DNA of 64,000 nt from Candidatus Nanopelagicales bacterium (lineage in GTDB: Bacteria; Actinomycetota; Actinomycetes; S36-B12; UBA5976), in assembly GCA_030834185.1 (NCBI GenBank), contig JAURFT010000002.1:5089-69088 (forward strand), read 5' to 3'. Shown piece after piece: positions 1-8,480 of the stretch. Under the pieces are notes generated by a model. It was not told where the DNA came from and ran no database searches. It saw nothing but the letters and a program-made list of their open reading frames with translations. Made by a program: the position numbers and the translations under genes. Positions within the stretch are counted from its first letter, which is position 1. Every line of letters starts with the position of its first letter.

Positions 1-267
1 TCCAGCTAAGCCCACATCAATCCGGCCAGCGCCAATTAGTGCTGCTGGAGTTACCAAGACAGCATCGCTAACCTCAATTTTGATTCCTAGCGCCTGCAGC
101 GCGGCAATCATTAGTTTGGTATCTCTAGCTAGTAACAGCCCAGTTAACTTACTTGGCCCATCGCTAAGTGCTGCTAGCAGCAAAGCTCGATTCGAGATGG
201 ACTTTGACCCGGGCACGCTGAGCACGCCAGTAACTGGACCAATTGCTTGAATTGCACGCCATGCCAT
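1..267 (-). CDS. aroA: 3-phosphoshikimate 1-carboxyvinyltransferase (EPSP synthase), N-terminal part; the gene runs off the left edge
   Basis: Manual minus-strand translation gives [89 protein letters not shown]. The PGSKS-x-x-NRAL segment is the EPSP synthase N-terminal signature. It is absent from the ORF track because the frame is open at the edge. An alternative in-frame ATG lies at 300. Confidence 0.8.
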   Translation of the reverse strand, partial: MAWRAIQAIGPVTGVLSVPGSKSISNRALLLAALSDGPSKLTGLLLARDTKLMIAALQALGIKIEVSDAVLVTPAALIGAGRIDVGLAG

Positions 268-309
268 GGCAAAAGCGTACCCAGCGCGCCCCCATGGCAT
301 GCTCTTCGC

Positions 310-1008
310 ATGTGCGGTAGATACACCCAAGCAGCAGACCTCAGGGAGATAGTCACCAACCTTGGGGTGCAGCAGGTCATTTCGAGCCTGCTAGAGCCGC
401 GCTACAACATTGCGCCAACTCAACCGATTGTGGCGGTTAGCCAGATTGGCCAACACCGACAGCTCGATTTATTCAGTTGGGGGCTGCAGTTAACTTGGAA
501 CAATTTTGCACCGACTCCAAGTAATTTAATTAACGCACGAATCGAAACAGTAACTCAGAAGCCATCATTTCGAGAAGCTGCTAAATATCGCAGGTGTTTA
601 ATTCCAGCATCAGGTTGGTATGAGTGGCAGAGCACCGTGCTAAGCGCTGGAAAAAAGCAGCCATATTATTTTTCAGCACCATCACAGCCAGTGCTGGCAT
701 TTGCCGGCATCTATGAAATTGGTGAAAGCAATCAAAAATCAGCTGCAATTATTACGCAACCTGCAAATCACGTAGTTGCAGCTGTGCATGATCGGATGCC
801 ATTAATTCTCACTCCTGAGTTTTTTGATGCCTGGCTTGATCCAAGCCAAACTGATAGCCAGCTTGCTGTTGCCGTTGCAGCAACAGCAAAGTCACCTAGT
901 TTGAGCTCACACCCAGTTTCAGCTGCAGTTAATGCCGCCAGCGCACAAGGCCCGCAACTAATTGAACCAGCACCACCAGAGCCAACTCAGCCAGCTTTGT
1001 TTCAATAG
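310..1008 (+). CDS. SOS-response-associated peptidase (SRAP/YedK/HMCES family), abasic-site DNA-protein crosslink protein
   Basis: This is the frame of track ORF 247..1008. I placed the start at ATG 310 because the product then begins MCGRY, the invariant Met-Cys2 nucleophile N-terminus of SRAP proteins. The upstream 21 codons would overlap aroA. Confidence 0.85.
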   Translation: MCGRYTQAADLREIVTNLGVQQVISSLLEPRYNIAPTQPIVAVSQIGQHRQLDLFSWGLQLTWNNFAPTPSNLINARIETVTQKPSFREAAKYRRCLIPASGWYEWQSTVLSAGKKQPYYFSAPSQPVLAFAGIYEIGESNQKSAAIITQPANHVVAAVHDRMPLILTPEFFDAWLDPSQTDSQLAVAVAATAKSPSLSSHPVSAAVNAASAQGPQLIEPAPPEPTQPALFQ

Positions 1009-1216
1009 CGGGTAATCGCAAACAGTTTGCAGAAGCGCAAACAGCGCAGGCCAATTAAATGTTTCGAGTTAGACTAATTTCCATGTCTGCTATTCGTATT
1101 TGGTATTTCACCAAGTGCCGCGTGATTGATCTCTGCCGCGCCAATAACGCCGCTTGTTAAATTTTTGCTTTAAGTCTGTGCTTAATCTAATTAAGAAAAT
1201 TCATATAAAGGAAAAA

Positions 1217-2146
1217 ATGAAAGTTTATGACAACATAACTCAGGTAGTTGGAAATACACCGTTGGTAAAATTAAATCGCATGATGGATGGTGCTGTTGCA
1301 AATGTATTTGCAAAGCTTGAATTTTATAATCCATCGGCAACAGTAAAAGATCGAATTGGTATTGCCATGATTGATGCGGCTGAAAAAACAGGACAATTAA
1401 AACCAGGTGGCGCAATTGTTGAAGCTACCAGCGGCAATACTGGTATTGCGTTAGCGATGGTTGGAGCTGCGCGTGGATACCGAGTGATTTTGACGATGCC
1501 AGATTCGATGAGTAAAGAACGCCGAATGCTGTTGCGCGCTTACGGCGCTGAGCTGGTGCTAACCCCTGCTGCTGAAGGCATGACAGGTTGCATTGCAAAA
1601 GCTGAAGAGATTGGTGCAACTGAGGGTGCGGTGTTGGTTCGCCAATTTGAAAATGAAGCAAATCCACAAATCCATCGCAACACCACAGCGCAAGAAATTT
1701 GGAATGACACTGATGGCACAGTTGCAGCACTTGTTGCTGGCATTGGAACTGGTGGCACCATAACTGGGGTAGGGCAGGCGCTTAAAGCCAAAAATCCAGC
1801 TGTCAAAGTATTTGCAGTTGAGCCAGCTGCTTCACCAATTCTGAATGGCGGCACTCCAGCTGGTCACCCAATTCAAGGAATTGGCCCAAACTTTGTACCA
1901 CCAATTTTGGATCGCGGCGTTTATGACGAAGTGCTAGATGCACCAAGTGAAGAAGCTATGCGATATGCCAGACGAGCTGCTGCTGAAGAGGGAATATTAG
2001 CTGGCATTTCTTCAGGTGCGGCACTTTGGGCAGCAGCACAAGTTGCTCGAAGGGCAGAGTTTACTGGGAAAAATATTGTGGTGATTATTCCTTCATTTGG
2101 TGAGCGCTATTTATCAACTGCACTTTACGCTGATTTGGCTGAGTAA
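1217..2146 (+). CDS. cysK: cysteine synthase A (O-acetylserine sulfhydrylase)
   Basis: It contains [11 protein letters not shown] (PLP-lysine region), [10 protein letters not shown] and [11 protein letters not shown] moved the start to ATG 1217, which has an AAGGA box upstream. cysE follows 5 nt downstream. Confidence 0.92.
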   Translation: MKVYDNITQVVGNTPLVKLNRMMDGAVANVFAKLEFYNPSATVKDRIGIAMIDAAEKTGQLKPGGAIVEATSGNTGIALAMVGAARGYRVILTMPDSMSKERRMLLRAYGAELVLTPAAEGMTGCIAKAEEIGATEGAVLVRQFENEANPQIHRNTTAQEIWNDTDGTVAALVAGIGTGGTITGVGQALKAKNPAVKVFAVEPAASPILNGGTPAGHPIQGIGPNFVPPILDRGVYDEVLDAPSEEAMRYARRAAAEEGILAGISSGAALWAAAQVARRAEFTGKNIVVIIPSFGERYLSTALYADLAE

Positions 2147-2151
2147 GAAAA

Positions 2152-2697
2152 ATGCTGAAGCGAATTCGCGAAGATCTAGATGCGGCTATCACACGTGATC
2201 CTGCAGCGCGCAGTAAATTAGAAATTGTGCTTGCCTATCCAGGGGTGCATGCGCTTTGGCGGCATCGGATTTCGCATTGGTTATGGCAGCGAAAGTTTTT
2301 TCTATTAGCGCGAATTTATTCGAATCGAAATCGCAGACGAACCGGTATTGAGATTCACCCAGGAGCGCAAATTGGTCGACGCTGTTTTATTGATCATGGC
2401 ATGGGAGTTGTGATTGGTGAAACGGCTGTTATTGGCGATGATGTGATGATGTATCACGGCGTCACACTTGGTGGCAGAACGCTGGCCAAGATCAAGCGTC
2501 ATCCAACAATTGGGAATGGTGTGGTTTTAGGTGCTGGGGCAACCGTGCTTGGTGATATCAAAGTGGGAGATAACGCGCTAATTGGTGCAAATGCAATTGT
2601 GACTAAGAACGTTGCTGCTGGGGCCATAGTGATGGGTCCAGCTGAACGTCATATGGCCAAGCAAGACCTAGCTGATCCAGAGCTCTGGTTTATCTAA
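2152..2697 (+). CDS. cysE: serine O-acetyltransferase
   Basis: The N-terminus has a SATase-type helix ([30 protein letters not shown]), followed by left-handed beta-helix hexapeptide repeats ([38 protein letters not shown]). Confidence 0.9.
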   Translation: MLKRIREDLDAAITRDPAARSKLEIVLAYPGVHALWRHRISHWLWQRKFFLLARIYSNRNRRRTGIEIHPGAQIGRRCFIDHGMGVVIGETAVIGDDVMMYHGVTLGGRTLAKIKRHPTIGNGVVLGAGATVLGDIKVGDNALIGANAIVTKNVAAGAIVMGPAERHMAKQDLADPELWFI

Positions 2698-2708
2698 GAA
2701 CTGCTGAT

Positions 2709-2783
2709 TTAAGCGTTAGGTCGCTTGCCGCCATTGGCTTTGCTCTTCTTGCGATCTCGCTTTTTTCGGGCCCGCTTGCTCAT
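2709..2783 (-). CDS. 24-aa basic mini-protein MSKRARKKRDRKKSKANGGKRPNA, candidate actinobacterial ribosomal protein bL37
   Basis: Found by hand, as it is below the ORF-track size cutoff. ATG at 2783, TAA at 2711..2709. A GAGGAG box sits 7 nt upstream of the ATG. The very basic composition and the ...GKRPNA C-terminus resemble the roughly 24-aa bL37 seen in mycobacterial ribosome structures. My recollection of that consensus is not exact. Confidence 0.6.
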   Translation of the reverse strand: MSKRARKKRDRKKSKANGGKRPNA

Positions 2784-2846
2784 TAACACTCCTCGATAAG
2801 TGGGGAGATCCTCTCACAGTTGGCAAAGGTTAAGTAACCTGCCCCC

Positions 2847-4226
2847 GTGGCCACATTAGAGCAATTAATTCAACAGCACACCGAACTGTCAGCTGCCGCA
2901 ACCGGACAGCTATCGCAGGTGGTCTCCGAATGGACGCTGCTTGCTGATCTGTCATTCTCAGATCTCTTACTCTGGGTGCCAAAGTGGAATGAATCTGGCT
3001 ATCTCTGCGTTGCCCAAATCAGACCTGTTACGGCACCAACAAATATCAGCTCGGATTTAGTTGGAACTTTTCAATCTGAACGAAGACTAATTGCAGTTGA
3101 TCGTGCCTTTGAGCAAGCTCAGATAGTAGAGCTGGATGAAATAATGGCCATTCCAATCAGCCAGAGCGGTAGCGTGATTGCAGTTGTTGAGCGACATCGC
3201 GGCCAACGCCAATCAGGCGAGTTAACTGATGCCTACCTTGCTGCTGCAAAAAGACTTTTTAAGATGCTGCAGCTTGGTCAATTTCCACCAAGCAGCAATA
3301 CTTCAACTACAACTTCATTACCCCGAGTTGGCGATGGTGTGCTTTTATTAAACGCAGCTGGAGTTGTGCAATACGCCTCACCAAATGCCACCAGCGCTTT
3401 TAGAAGACTTGGCCTAGCTACAGATTTATTAAATACCGAGCTTGCTGCAACTGCTATCTCGTTGTTGCGCAAACTAGGTGTAGTTGATGAAGCAATTAAT
3501 TTAATCACTAAAGGATCAATAGCTGGTGCAGCTGAGATAGAAAACAAGTCCGCCACAATTACGCTGCGCGCTTATCCATTCTTAGAAGCTGGCAGGCCAG
3601 ATGGCGCGCTGATCTTGGTGCGAGATGTAACAGAGCTGCGCCGTCGAGAGCGAGCTTTGCTCACCAAAGAAGCAGCTCTTCGAGAAGCACATCATCGCGT
3701 AAAGAACAATCTACAAACTGTGGCTGCGCTGCTGCGCATGCAAGGCAGGCGATCAAGTGATGAAACTAAGCGAGCCTTAGCAGAAGCAGAGCGCCGAATT
3801 GAAGTAATTGCGTTGGTTCATGAAACTTTAACTCTCACTCCTGCGGCTGATGTTGGGTTTAATGCAATTGCAGATCGCTTAATTGGTTTATCTAGTGAGC
3901 TAGTTCCAAATGTTACTTCGATAACAAGACTTGGTGATTTTGGTAGCTATTCAGTAGAGGCCGCCATACCACTAGCTGCTGCACTATCTGAGCTGCTCCA
4001 AAATGCAATTGAACATGGTGACATCAGCAAACCAATTGAGCTGATAGTTGATGCTGCTAATCCAATTAGTTTTCAAGTAAAAAATCAAAGCTCAACTCGA
4101 GCTGCACATACTGAAGGGCTTGGCTTATCAATAGTTCGAAGCCTAATTGAGGGCGAGTTAGTTGGCAGGGTTGAGATCAGCAATGCTAATGGTTTGTTTC
4201 AAGTAAATATTTTGATTAATAATTAA
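2847..4226 (+). CDS. pdtaS: sensor histidine kinase, PdtaS-like (GAF/PAS sensor plus HisKA_2 and ATPase domains)
   Basis: It has an H-box HHRVKNNLQTVAALLRMQ typical of HisKA_2/HWE-type kinases and a C-terminal ATPase region (LSELLQNAIEHG, GLGLSIVRSL). GTG start. It is convergent with a whiB1-like gene, as Rv3220c is with Rv3219 in M. tuberculosis. Confidence 0.8.
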   Translation: MATLEQLIQQHTELSAAATGQLSQVVSEWTLLADLSFSDLLLWVPKWNESGYLCVAQIRPVTAPTNISSDLVGTFQSERRLIAVDRAFEQAQIVELDEIMAIPISQSGSVIAVVERHRGQRQSGELTDAYLAAAKRLFKMLQLGQFPPSSNTSTTTSLPRVGDGVLLLNAAGVVQYASPNATSAFRRLGLATDLLNTELAATAISLLRKLGVVDEAINLITKGSIAGAAEIENKSATITLRAYPFLEAGRPDGALILVRDVTELRRRERALLTKEAALREAHHRVKNNLQTVAALLRMQGRRSSDETKRALAEAERRIEVIALVHETLTLTPAADVGFNAIADRLIGLSSELVPNVTSITRLGDFGSYSVEAAIPLAAALSELLQNAIEHGDISKPIELIVDAANPISFQVKNQSSTRAAHTEGLGLSIVRSLIEGELVGRVEISNANGLFQVNILINN

Positions 4227-4236
4227 CTTATAAAAA

Positions 4237-4268
4237 CAACAACGGCCCGCAATTACGGGCCGTTGTTG
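4237..4268. terminator. bidirectional intrinsic terminator hairpin between pdtaS and whiB1
   Basis: Perfect 13-bp stem caacaacggcccg / cgggccgttgttg with the 6-nt loop caatta. An A-run lies on the left, giving a U-tract for the minus-strand whiB1 transcript. Confidence 0.8.
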
Positions 4269-4280
4269 GGGAAACCTGTT

Positions 4281-4538
4281 TTACATTAACTGAGATGTTG
4301 CGCGAGTTCGAGCTGCACGGCGCTTAGTAGCGCGTCGCTCATCTTCGCTCATACCACCCCAGACGCCAGTGTCCTGACTTGTTTCGAGCGCCCATTCCAG
4401 GCAATCTTCAACAACAGCACAACGGCGGCAAACAGCTTTTGCAGCATCGATCTGAAACAATGCAGGACCAGTGTTCCCGATGGGGAAGAACAGTTCAGGA
4501 TCCTCATTGCGGCATTCGGATTGGTGTCTCCAGTCCAT
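4281..4538 (-). CDS. whiB1: WhiB-family [4Fe-4S] transcription factor, WhiB1-like
   Basis: The product is MDWRHQSECRNEDPELFFPIGNTGPALFQIDAAKAVCRRCAVVEDCLEWALETSQDTGVWGGMSEDERRATKRR. It has four Cys, the GVWGG turn and a basic tail, and is close to M. tuberculosis WhiB1. Start at ATG 4538, preceded by AAGGAGG. The longer track ORF is an upstream extension. Confidence 0.92.
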   Translation of the reverse strand: MDWRHQSECRNEDPELFFPIGNTGPALFQIDAAKAVCRRCAVVEDCLEWALETSQDTGVWGGMSEDERRATKRRAARTRATSQLM

Positions 4539-4571
4539 ACCGGTCCTCCTTTGAATCAAGTGTCGAGCGCT

Positions 4572-4587
4572 TGTGACGCTGTTCACA
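4572..4587. promoter_or_regulatory. perfect CRP/FNR-family palindrome TGTGA-N6-TCACA upstream of whiB1
   Basis: The sequence tgtgacgctgttcaca matches the consensus exactly. The palindrome extends to cttgtga..tcacaag (4570..4589). Its centre is about 41 nt upstream of the whiB1 ATG and about 25 nt upstream of its SD. Confidence 0.6.
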
Positions 4588-4734
4588 AGGTCTGTGCCAA
4601 CAGCGACCCAGATCAATCAGGGATTGGGCCGCAAAAGGCGCGGAGGAGTAGATTCTCACAGATTGCCGGGCTCAGCAATAGGGTTTTACTGAGAATCACC
4701 CTAAAAGGGAGCAGCCCTCTAGGCTTAGTTCACC

Positions 4735-5112
4735 ATGAAACGTCCGCTAATCCAGTTAATCCCTCCAGTTATGGCTGCAGCTGAGACCTTGCTGCTGCTG
4801 GTAATTGCAGCGATTACCCTGATTGGCTCGCTAGTTACTGGCGAATTTGAAACCCGGGTGCTGCTGCCTGAGCTGCTGCTTTATCTGATCTTTATTTTGG
4901 GAATGGCCGCTGTCACCCGTGGCTTATGGCGATTACTCAGCTGGGCTAAAGCACCCATGATTGCGGTGCAGTTAATCGCGATTGGTATCAGCTATGAGGA
5001 TTTCTGGGGCTCAAGCGAGCTTGTTTGGAAGCTATTTGGCGTAACTTTGGCTTTAATAGCAGCAGCAGCAATTTTTTCAACAATCAAACTGCCCACAACA
5101 TCTAAAAACTAA
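4735..5112 (+). CDS. hypothetical integral membrane protein (about 4 TM segments)
   Basis: An ORF with consecutive hydrophobic stretches (LLLLVIAAITLIGSLV, LLLYLIFILGMAAV, MIAVQLIAIGI, LFGVTLALIAAAAIF). I recognise no family. Confidence 0.6.
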   Translation: MKRPLIQLIPPVMAAAETLLLLVIAAITLIGSLVTGEFETRVLLPELLLYLIFILGMAAVTRGLWRLLSWAKAPMIAVQLIAIGISYEDFWGSSELVWKLFGVTLALIAAAAIFSTIKLPTTSKN

Positions 5113-5147
5113 AAAGCTGGCCGGCAATAGCGCCCGACCAGCTTTTT
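5111..5147. terminator. bidirectional terminator hairpin between the membrane-protein gene and sodN
   Basis: aaaaagctgg(c)cgg ... ccg(a)ccagcttttt. A 10-bp stem plus a 3-bp stem with one mismatch, flanked by A and T runs on either side. Confidence 0.7.
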
Positions 5148-5157
5148 AGTAATTTAA

Positions 5158-5547
5158 TTATTTTTTAGTTGCCCAAAAAATTTCAGCAATCTCATCGATC
5201 TTTGATATCAAATTATCAGCAATCGCAACATCATTTGAGCCCTTGGTGCCAGCGGCACCTGCAAGCTTGGTTGCGTCATTAAACAATTGGTGCAAGTTTG
5301 GATACGCTTCAAAATGATTTGGCTTGAAGTAATCAGTCCAAAGCACCCATAGATGTTCTTTAACAAGATGTGAACGCTCTTCTTTGATTGAAACAGCGCG
5401 AGCTTTGAAATCTGAATCAGTTGAAGCTGCATATTTCTCCATGCAAGCTTTTACTGACTGGGCCTCAATTTTGGCTTGGGCTGGATCGTAAACACCGCAC
5501 GGTAGATCGCAATGTGCGGCCGCAATGGCTGTTGGCTTAAATCCCAT
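5158..5547 (-). CDS. sodN: nickel-dependent superoxide dismutase precursor
   Basis: The Ni-hook HCDLPCGVYDP follows a short propeptide (MGFKPTAIAAA). I chose ATG 5547, which is preceded by AGGAG. The longer track ORF (to 5619) would overlap sodX. Confidence 0.9.
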   Translation of the reverse strand: MGFKPTAIAAAHCDLPCGVYDPAQAKIEAQSVKACMEKYAASTDSDFKARAVSIKEERSHLVKEHLWVLWTDYFKPNHFEAYPNLHQLFNDATKLAGAAGTKGSNDVAIADNLISKIDEIAEIFWATKK

Positions 5548-5588
5548 AATTACTCCTAAATGAGCTTGATGTAGGAGAGAATACCCCG

Positions 5589-5915
5589 ATGAGCCCAGCA
5601 GCGAAACCGCAACCTTCAAGTTGGCTACGAATTGCGGTTAGCGGCGACTCCATGCTCCCTACCCTGCGCAACAACGACATGCTGCTGCTGCGGCGCAGCG
5701 ATAGGTTCCGATCTGGCCAACTGGTGCTGCTTGAAGATCACGCATTTCGGCTCACCATTAAACGGCTCTCACATCAAATCCAAGACCAGTGGTGGGTAGT
5801 TGGCGACAATGTTGAGAACAGCATTGATTCGCGAAGTTATGGCGCAGTTTCAACTCATCAACTGCAGGCAGTTGTAATTGCCAGATATTGGCCAAGGCCC
5901 AAACTATTTAGATAG
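5589..5915 (+). CDS. sodX: nickel-SOD maturation protease (S26 signal-peptidase-like)
   Basis: It has the SGDSMLPTL catalytic-serine motif of the S26 family and is divergent from sodN, the canonical sodN-sodX arrangement. Confidence 0.8.
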   Translation: MSPAAKPQPSSWLRIAVSGDSMLPTLRNNDMLLLRRSDRFRSGQLVLLEDHAFRLTIKRLSHQIQDQWWVVGDNVENSIDSRSYGAVSTHQLQAVVIARYWPRPKLFR

Positions 5916-6927
5916 CGCGTTTTATCGCAGCAACAAAATCTGCAACATCTTTTGGCGTGGTATCCCATGCGCACATCCAGCGAACTTCATTTGTGTGTTC
6001 ATTCCAAACATAAAACGGAAATTCCTGACTTACCTTCTCGCTAACTGATTTAGGCACCAGCGCAAACACAGCATTCACCTCAACTGGTTGGGTAATAGTG
6101 ATGCCATCAATCTCGCTTACTTGTGCTGCCAGCAGCTGCGCCATCGCATTTGCCTGCTCAGCATTTTTTCGCCACAAATCATCAGTGAGCAGCGCAAGTA
6201 ATTGCGCTGAGGCGTATCGCATTTTGCTATTTAATTGCATTAAAGATTTTCGCAGATGCTTTACTTGATCGCCAAGCGCTGGATTTAAAAACAAAACTGC
6301 TTCACCATTAATTAATCCATTTTTGGTACCACCAAAAGAGACTACATCAACACCAGCATCAGTTGTGATCTCCTTGAAGGATTTGTTAAGTGCAACTGCA
6401 GCATTGCTAAGGCGAGCGCCATCAAGATGTAAGAAGGCGTTATTAGCGTGAGCCACTTCAGCTATTGCTTTAATTTCTGCAACTGAATACACCGTGCCAT
6501 ATTCAGTAGATTGCGTAATTGATACAACTCGCGGCTGGGCATAGTGCTCATCCCCAGTTCTAATAAAGGCTGCTGCAACTAGCTCAGGTGAAAGTTTGGC
6601 ATTTTTAGTTGGCAGATCAATTAGCTTGCAGCCAATAATGCGCTCAGGAGCGCCACCTTCATCAACATTTATATGCGCCCAGTTACTACAAATCACAGCT
6701 TCCCAGGGCTTTAACATCGAATACAGCGCTAAGACATTTGCTCCGGTGCCATTCCAAACTAAATAGGATTTAGTTGCTTCGCCAAATAATTCCTGAAATC
6801 GTGATTCCAACGCAGCAGTGAATTCATCTGCCCCATAGGCGCGCTGATGTTCAGAGTTAACCTCCCCAATTGCAGCTAGCACAGCTGGGTGGGCAGGGGC
6901 GTAGTTATCGCTGGCAAATGACCGCAT
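5908..6927 (-). CDS. ltaE: low-specificity L-threonine aldolase (PLP-dependent, beta-eliminating lyase fold)
   Basis: N-terminus MRSFASDNYAPAHP, NGTGANV, and the PLP-lysine motif SFGGTKNG. Confidence 0.8.
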   Translation of the reverse strand: MRSFASDNYAPAHPAVLAAIGEVNSEHQRAYGADEFTAALESRFQELFGEATKSYLVWNGTGANVLALYSMLKPWEAVICSNWAHINVDEGGAPERIIGCKLIDLPTKNAKLSPELVAAAFIRTGDEHYAQPRVVSITQSTEYGTVYSVAEIKAIAEVAHANNAFLHLDGARLSNAAVALNKSFKEITTDAGVDVVSFGGTKNGLINGEAVLFLNPALGDQVKHLRKSLMQLNSKMRYASAQLLALLTDDLWRKNAEQANAMAQLLAAQVSEIDGITITQPVEVNAVFALVPKSVSEKVSQEFPFYVWNEHTNEVRWMCAWDTTPKDVADFVAAIKRAI

Positions 6928-6986
6928 TGCGAAATGCTAGGCGGTGCTGCCGAGCATTCTGGCAGCGGATAGGGCAAGGTGTGCTC

Positions 6987-8480
6987 ATGGTCGATGCAGA
7001 TTTCTTATCCCTACCGCTTTCAGCCACCGCTGACGCGGCAATAGCTGCCGCAACTGCGGCCGGCGCAAGCTATGTAGATGTCCGAATAGAGCGAACTCGC
7101 ACTGGCGTGCTGCAACTTAGAGACGCTAAACCCGAGACTCAGACCGATGACTCAATATTTGGCATTGGGGTCAGAGTCATTGTTGCTGGCACCTATGGCT
7201 TTGCTTCGTCGCCTGAGGTATCGGCAGCAAGTGCTGCGCGCTTAGCGCAGAGCGCAGTTGCCATGGCAAAAACCAGCAAGCCGCTGGCCACTGAATTTGT
7301 TGAGTTAGCAGCTGAACCAACTTACTCAAATCAAATTTGGCGCTCTAGCTATCAGCTGGATCCTTTTGAAGTTCCAGATGCTGAGAAAATTGCACGATTA
7401 ACTGAGTTGAGCAATAAGTTACTTGCATCACCAGCCGTAAATCATGCCCAGGCATACACGATGTTTGTAAAAGAGCAGAAATATTTTGCCAACTCAGCTG
7501 GCACTTCAACTACCCAGCAGCGAGTGCGAATGCAGACGCAGATCGAAGCGATCTCAGTTGGCGCACACGGATTTGAATCGATGCGAACCTTGGCGCAGCC
7601 AGCAGGTTTTGGTTGGGAATGGATGGGCAACCAGATTTGGAATTGGGATCAAGAAATAGCTGAGCTACCTGAACTTCTGGCAGGGAAAGTTGCCGCGCCA
7701 AGTGTTACGCCAGGTAAATATGATCTTTTGATCCATCCAAGTAATTTATGGCTAACAATTCATGAATCAATTGGACATGCAACTGAGCTAGACCGAGCGC
7801 TTGGTTATGAAGCTAATTACGCTGGAACTTCATTTGCCACCGTTGATAAATTAGGCAGCTTAAAATATGGCACGCCGCTAATGAATGTAACTGGCGATCG
7901 AGTAACTGAGCATGGATTAAGCACTGTTGCATATGACGATGAAGGTGTTGCAGCTCAACAATGGGAGATCATCAAAGATGGTGTGCTAGTTGGGTATCAG
8001 CTGGATCGACGAATTGCAGCTAAAGCTGGCAAAGATCGAAGCAATGGTTGTGCATTCGCCGATTCGCCAGCTCATGTGCCAATTCAACGCATGCCAAATG
8101 TTTCACTGCAACCAAATCCAACTGGACCAGATCTAGCTGGATTGATTGCTGGCATTGAAAATGGAATTTTAATTAAAGGTGATAAATCTTGGTCTATTGA
8201 TATGCAGCGGTATAACTTTCAATTCACCGGACAGCAGTTTCATCACATTAAAAATGGCAAAATCGTAGGTCAGCTCAAAGATGTGGCCTACCAGGCAACA
8301 ACCACTGATTTCTGGGGATCCATGGTGGCAGTAGGAGCTCCATCAACTTATGTGCTCGGTGGTGCGTTCAATTGCGGTAAAGGCCAACCAGGGCAAGTTG
8401 CTGCAGTTAGCCATGGCTGCCCAGCGGCGGTATTTCAAAATATCAATGTCCTAAACACCGTTGCGGAGGCTGGCGCATGA
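6987..8480 (+). CDS. tldD: TldD-family metalloprotease (peptidase U62)
   Basis: It has the HESIGHATELD zinc motif and the length is typical. Start at ATG 6987, 7 nt after AAGG. The track ORF start at 6870 overlaps ltaE. It is translationally coupled to pmbA through an ATGA overlap. Confidence 0.88.
   Translation: MVDADFLSLPLSATADAAIAAATAAGASYVDVRIERTRTGVLQLRDAKPETQTDDSIFGIGVRVIVAGTYGFASSPEVSAASAARLAQSAVAMAKTSKPLATEFVELAAEPTYSNQIWRSSYQLDPFEVPDAEKIARLTELSNKLLASPAVNHAQAYTMFVKEQKYFANSAGTSTTQQRVRMQTQIEAISVGAHGFESMRTLAQPAGFGWEWMGNQIWNWDQEIAELPELLAGKVAAPSVTPGKYDLLIHPSNLWLTIHESIGHATELDRALGYEANYAGTSFATVDKLGSLKYGTPLMNVTGDRVTEHGLSTVAYDDEGVAAQQWEIIKDGVLVGYQLDRRIAAKAGKDRSNGCAFADSPAHVPIQRMPNVSLQPNPTGPDLAGLIAGIENGILIKGDKSWSIDMQRYNFQFTGQQFHHIKNGKIVGQLKDVAYQATTTDFWGSMVAVGAPSTYVLGGAFNCGKGQPGQVAAVSHGCPAAVFQNINVLNTVAEAGA

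Noticed and set aside
174-380. Track ORF 174..380 (-) and the N-terminal extension of ORF 247..1008.
   Set aside because: The first is out of frame with the clearly recognisable aroA reading frame on the same strand. The second precedes the obligatory MCGRY N-terminus of SRAP proteins.
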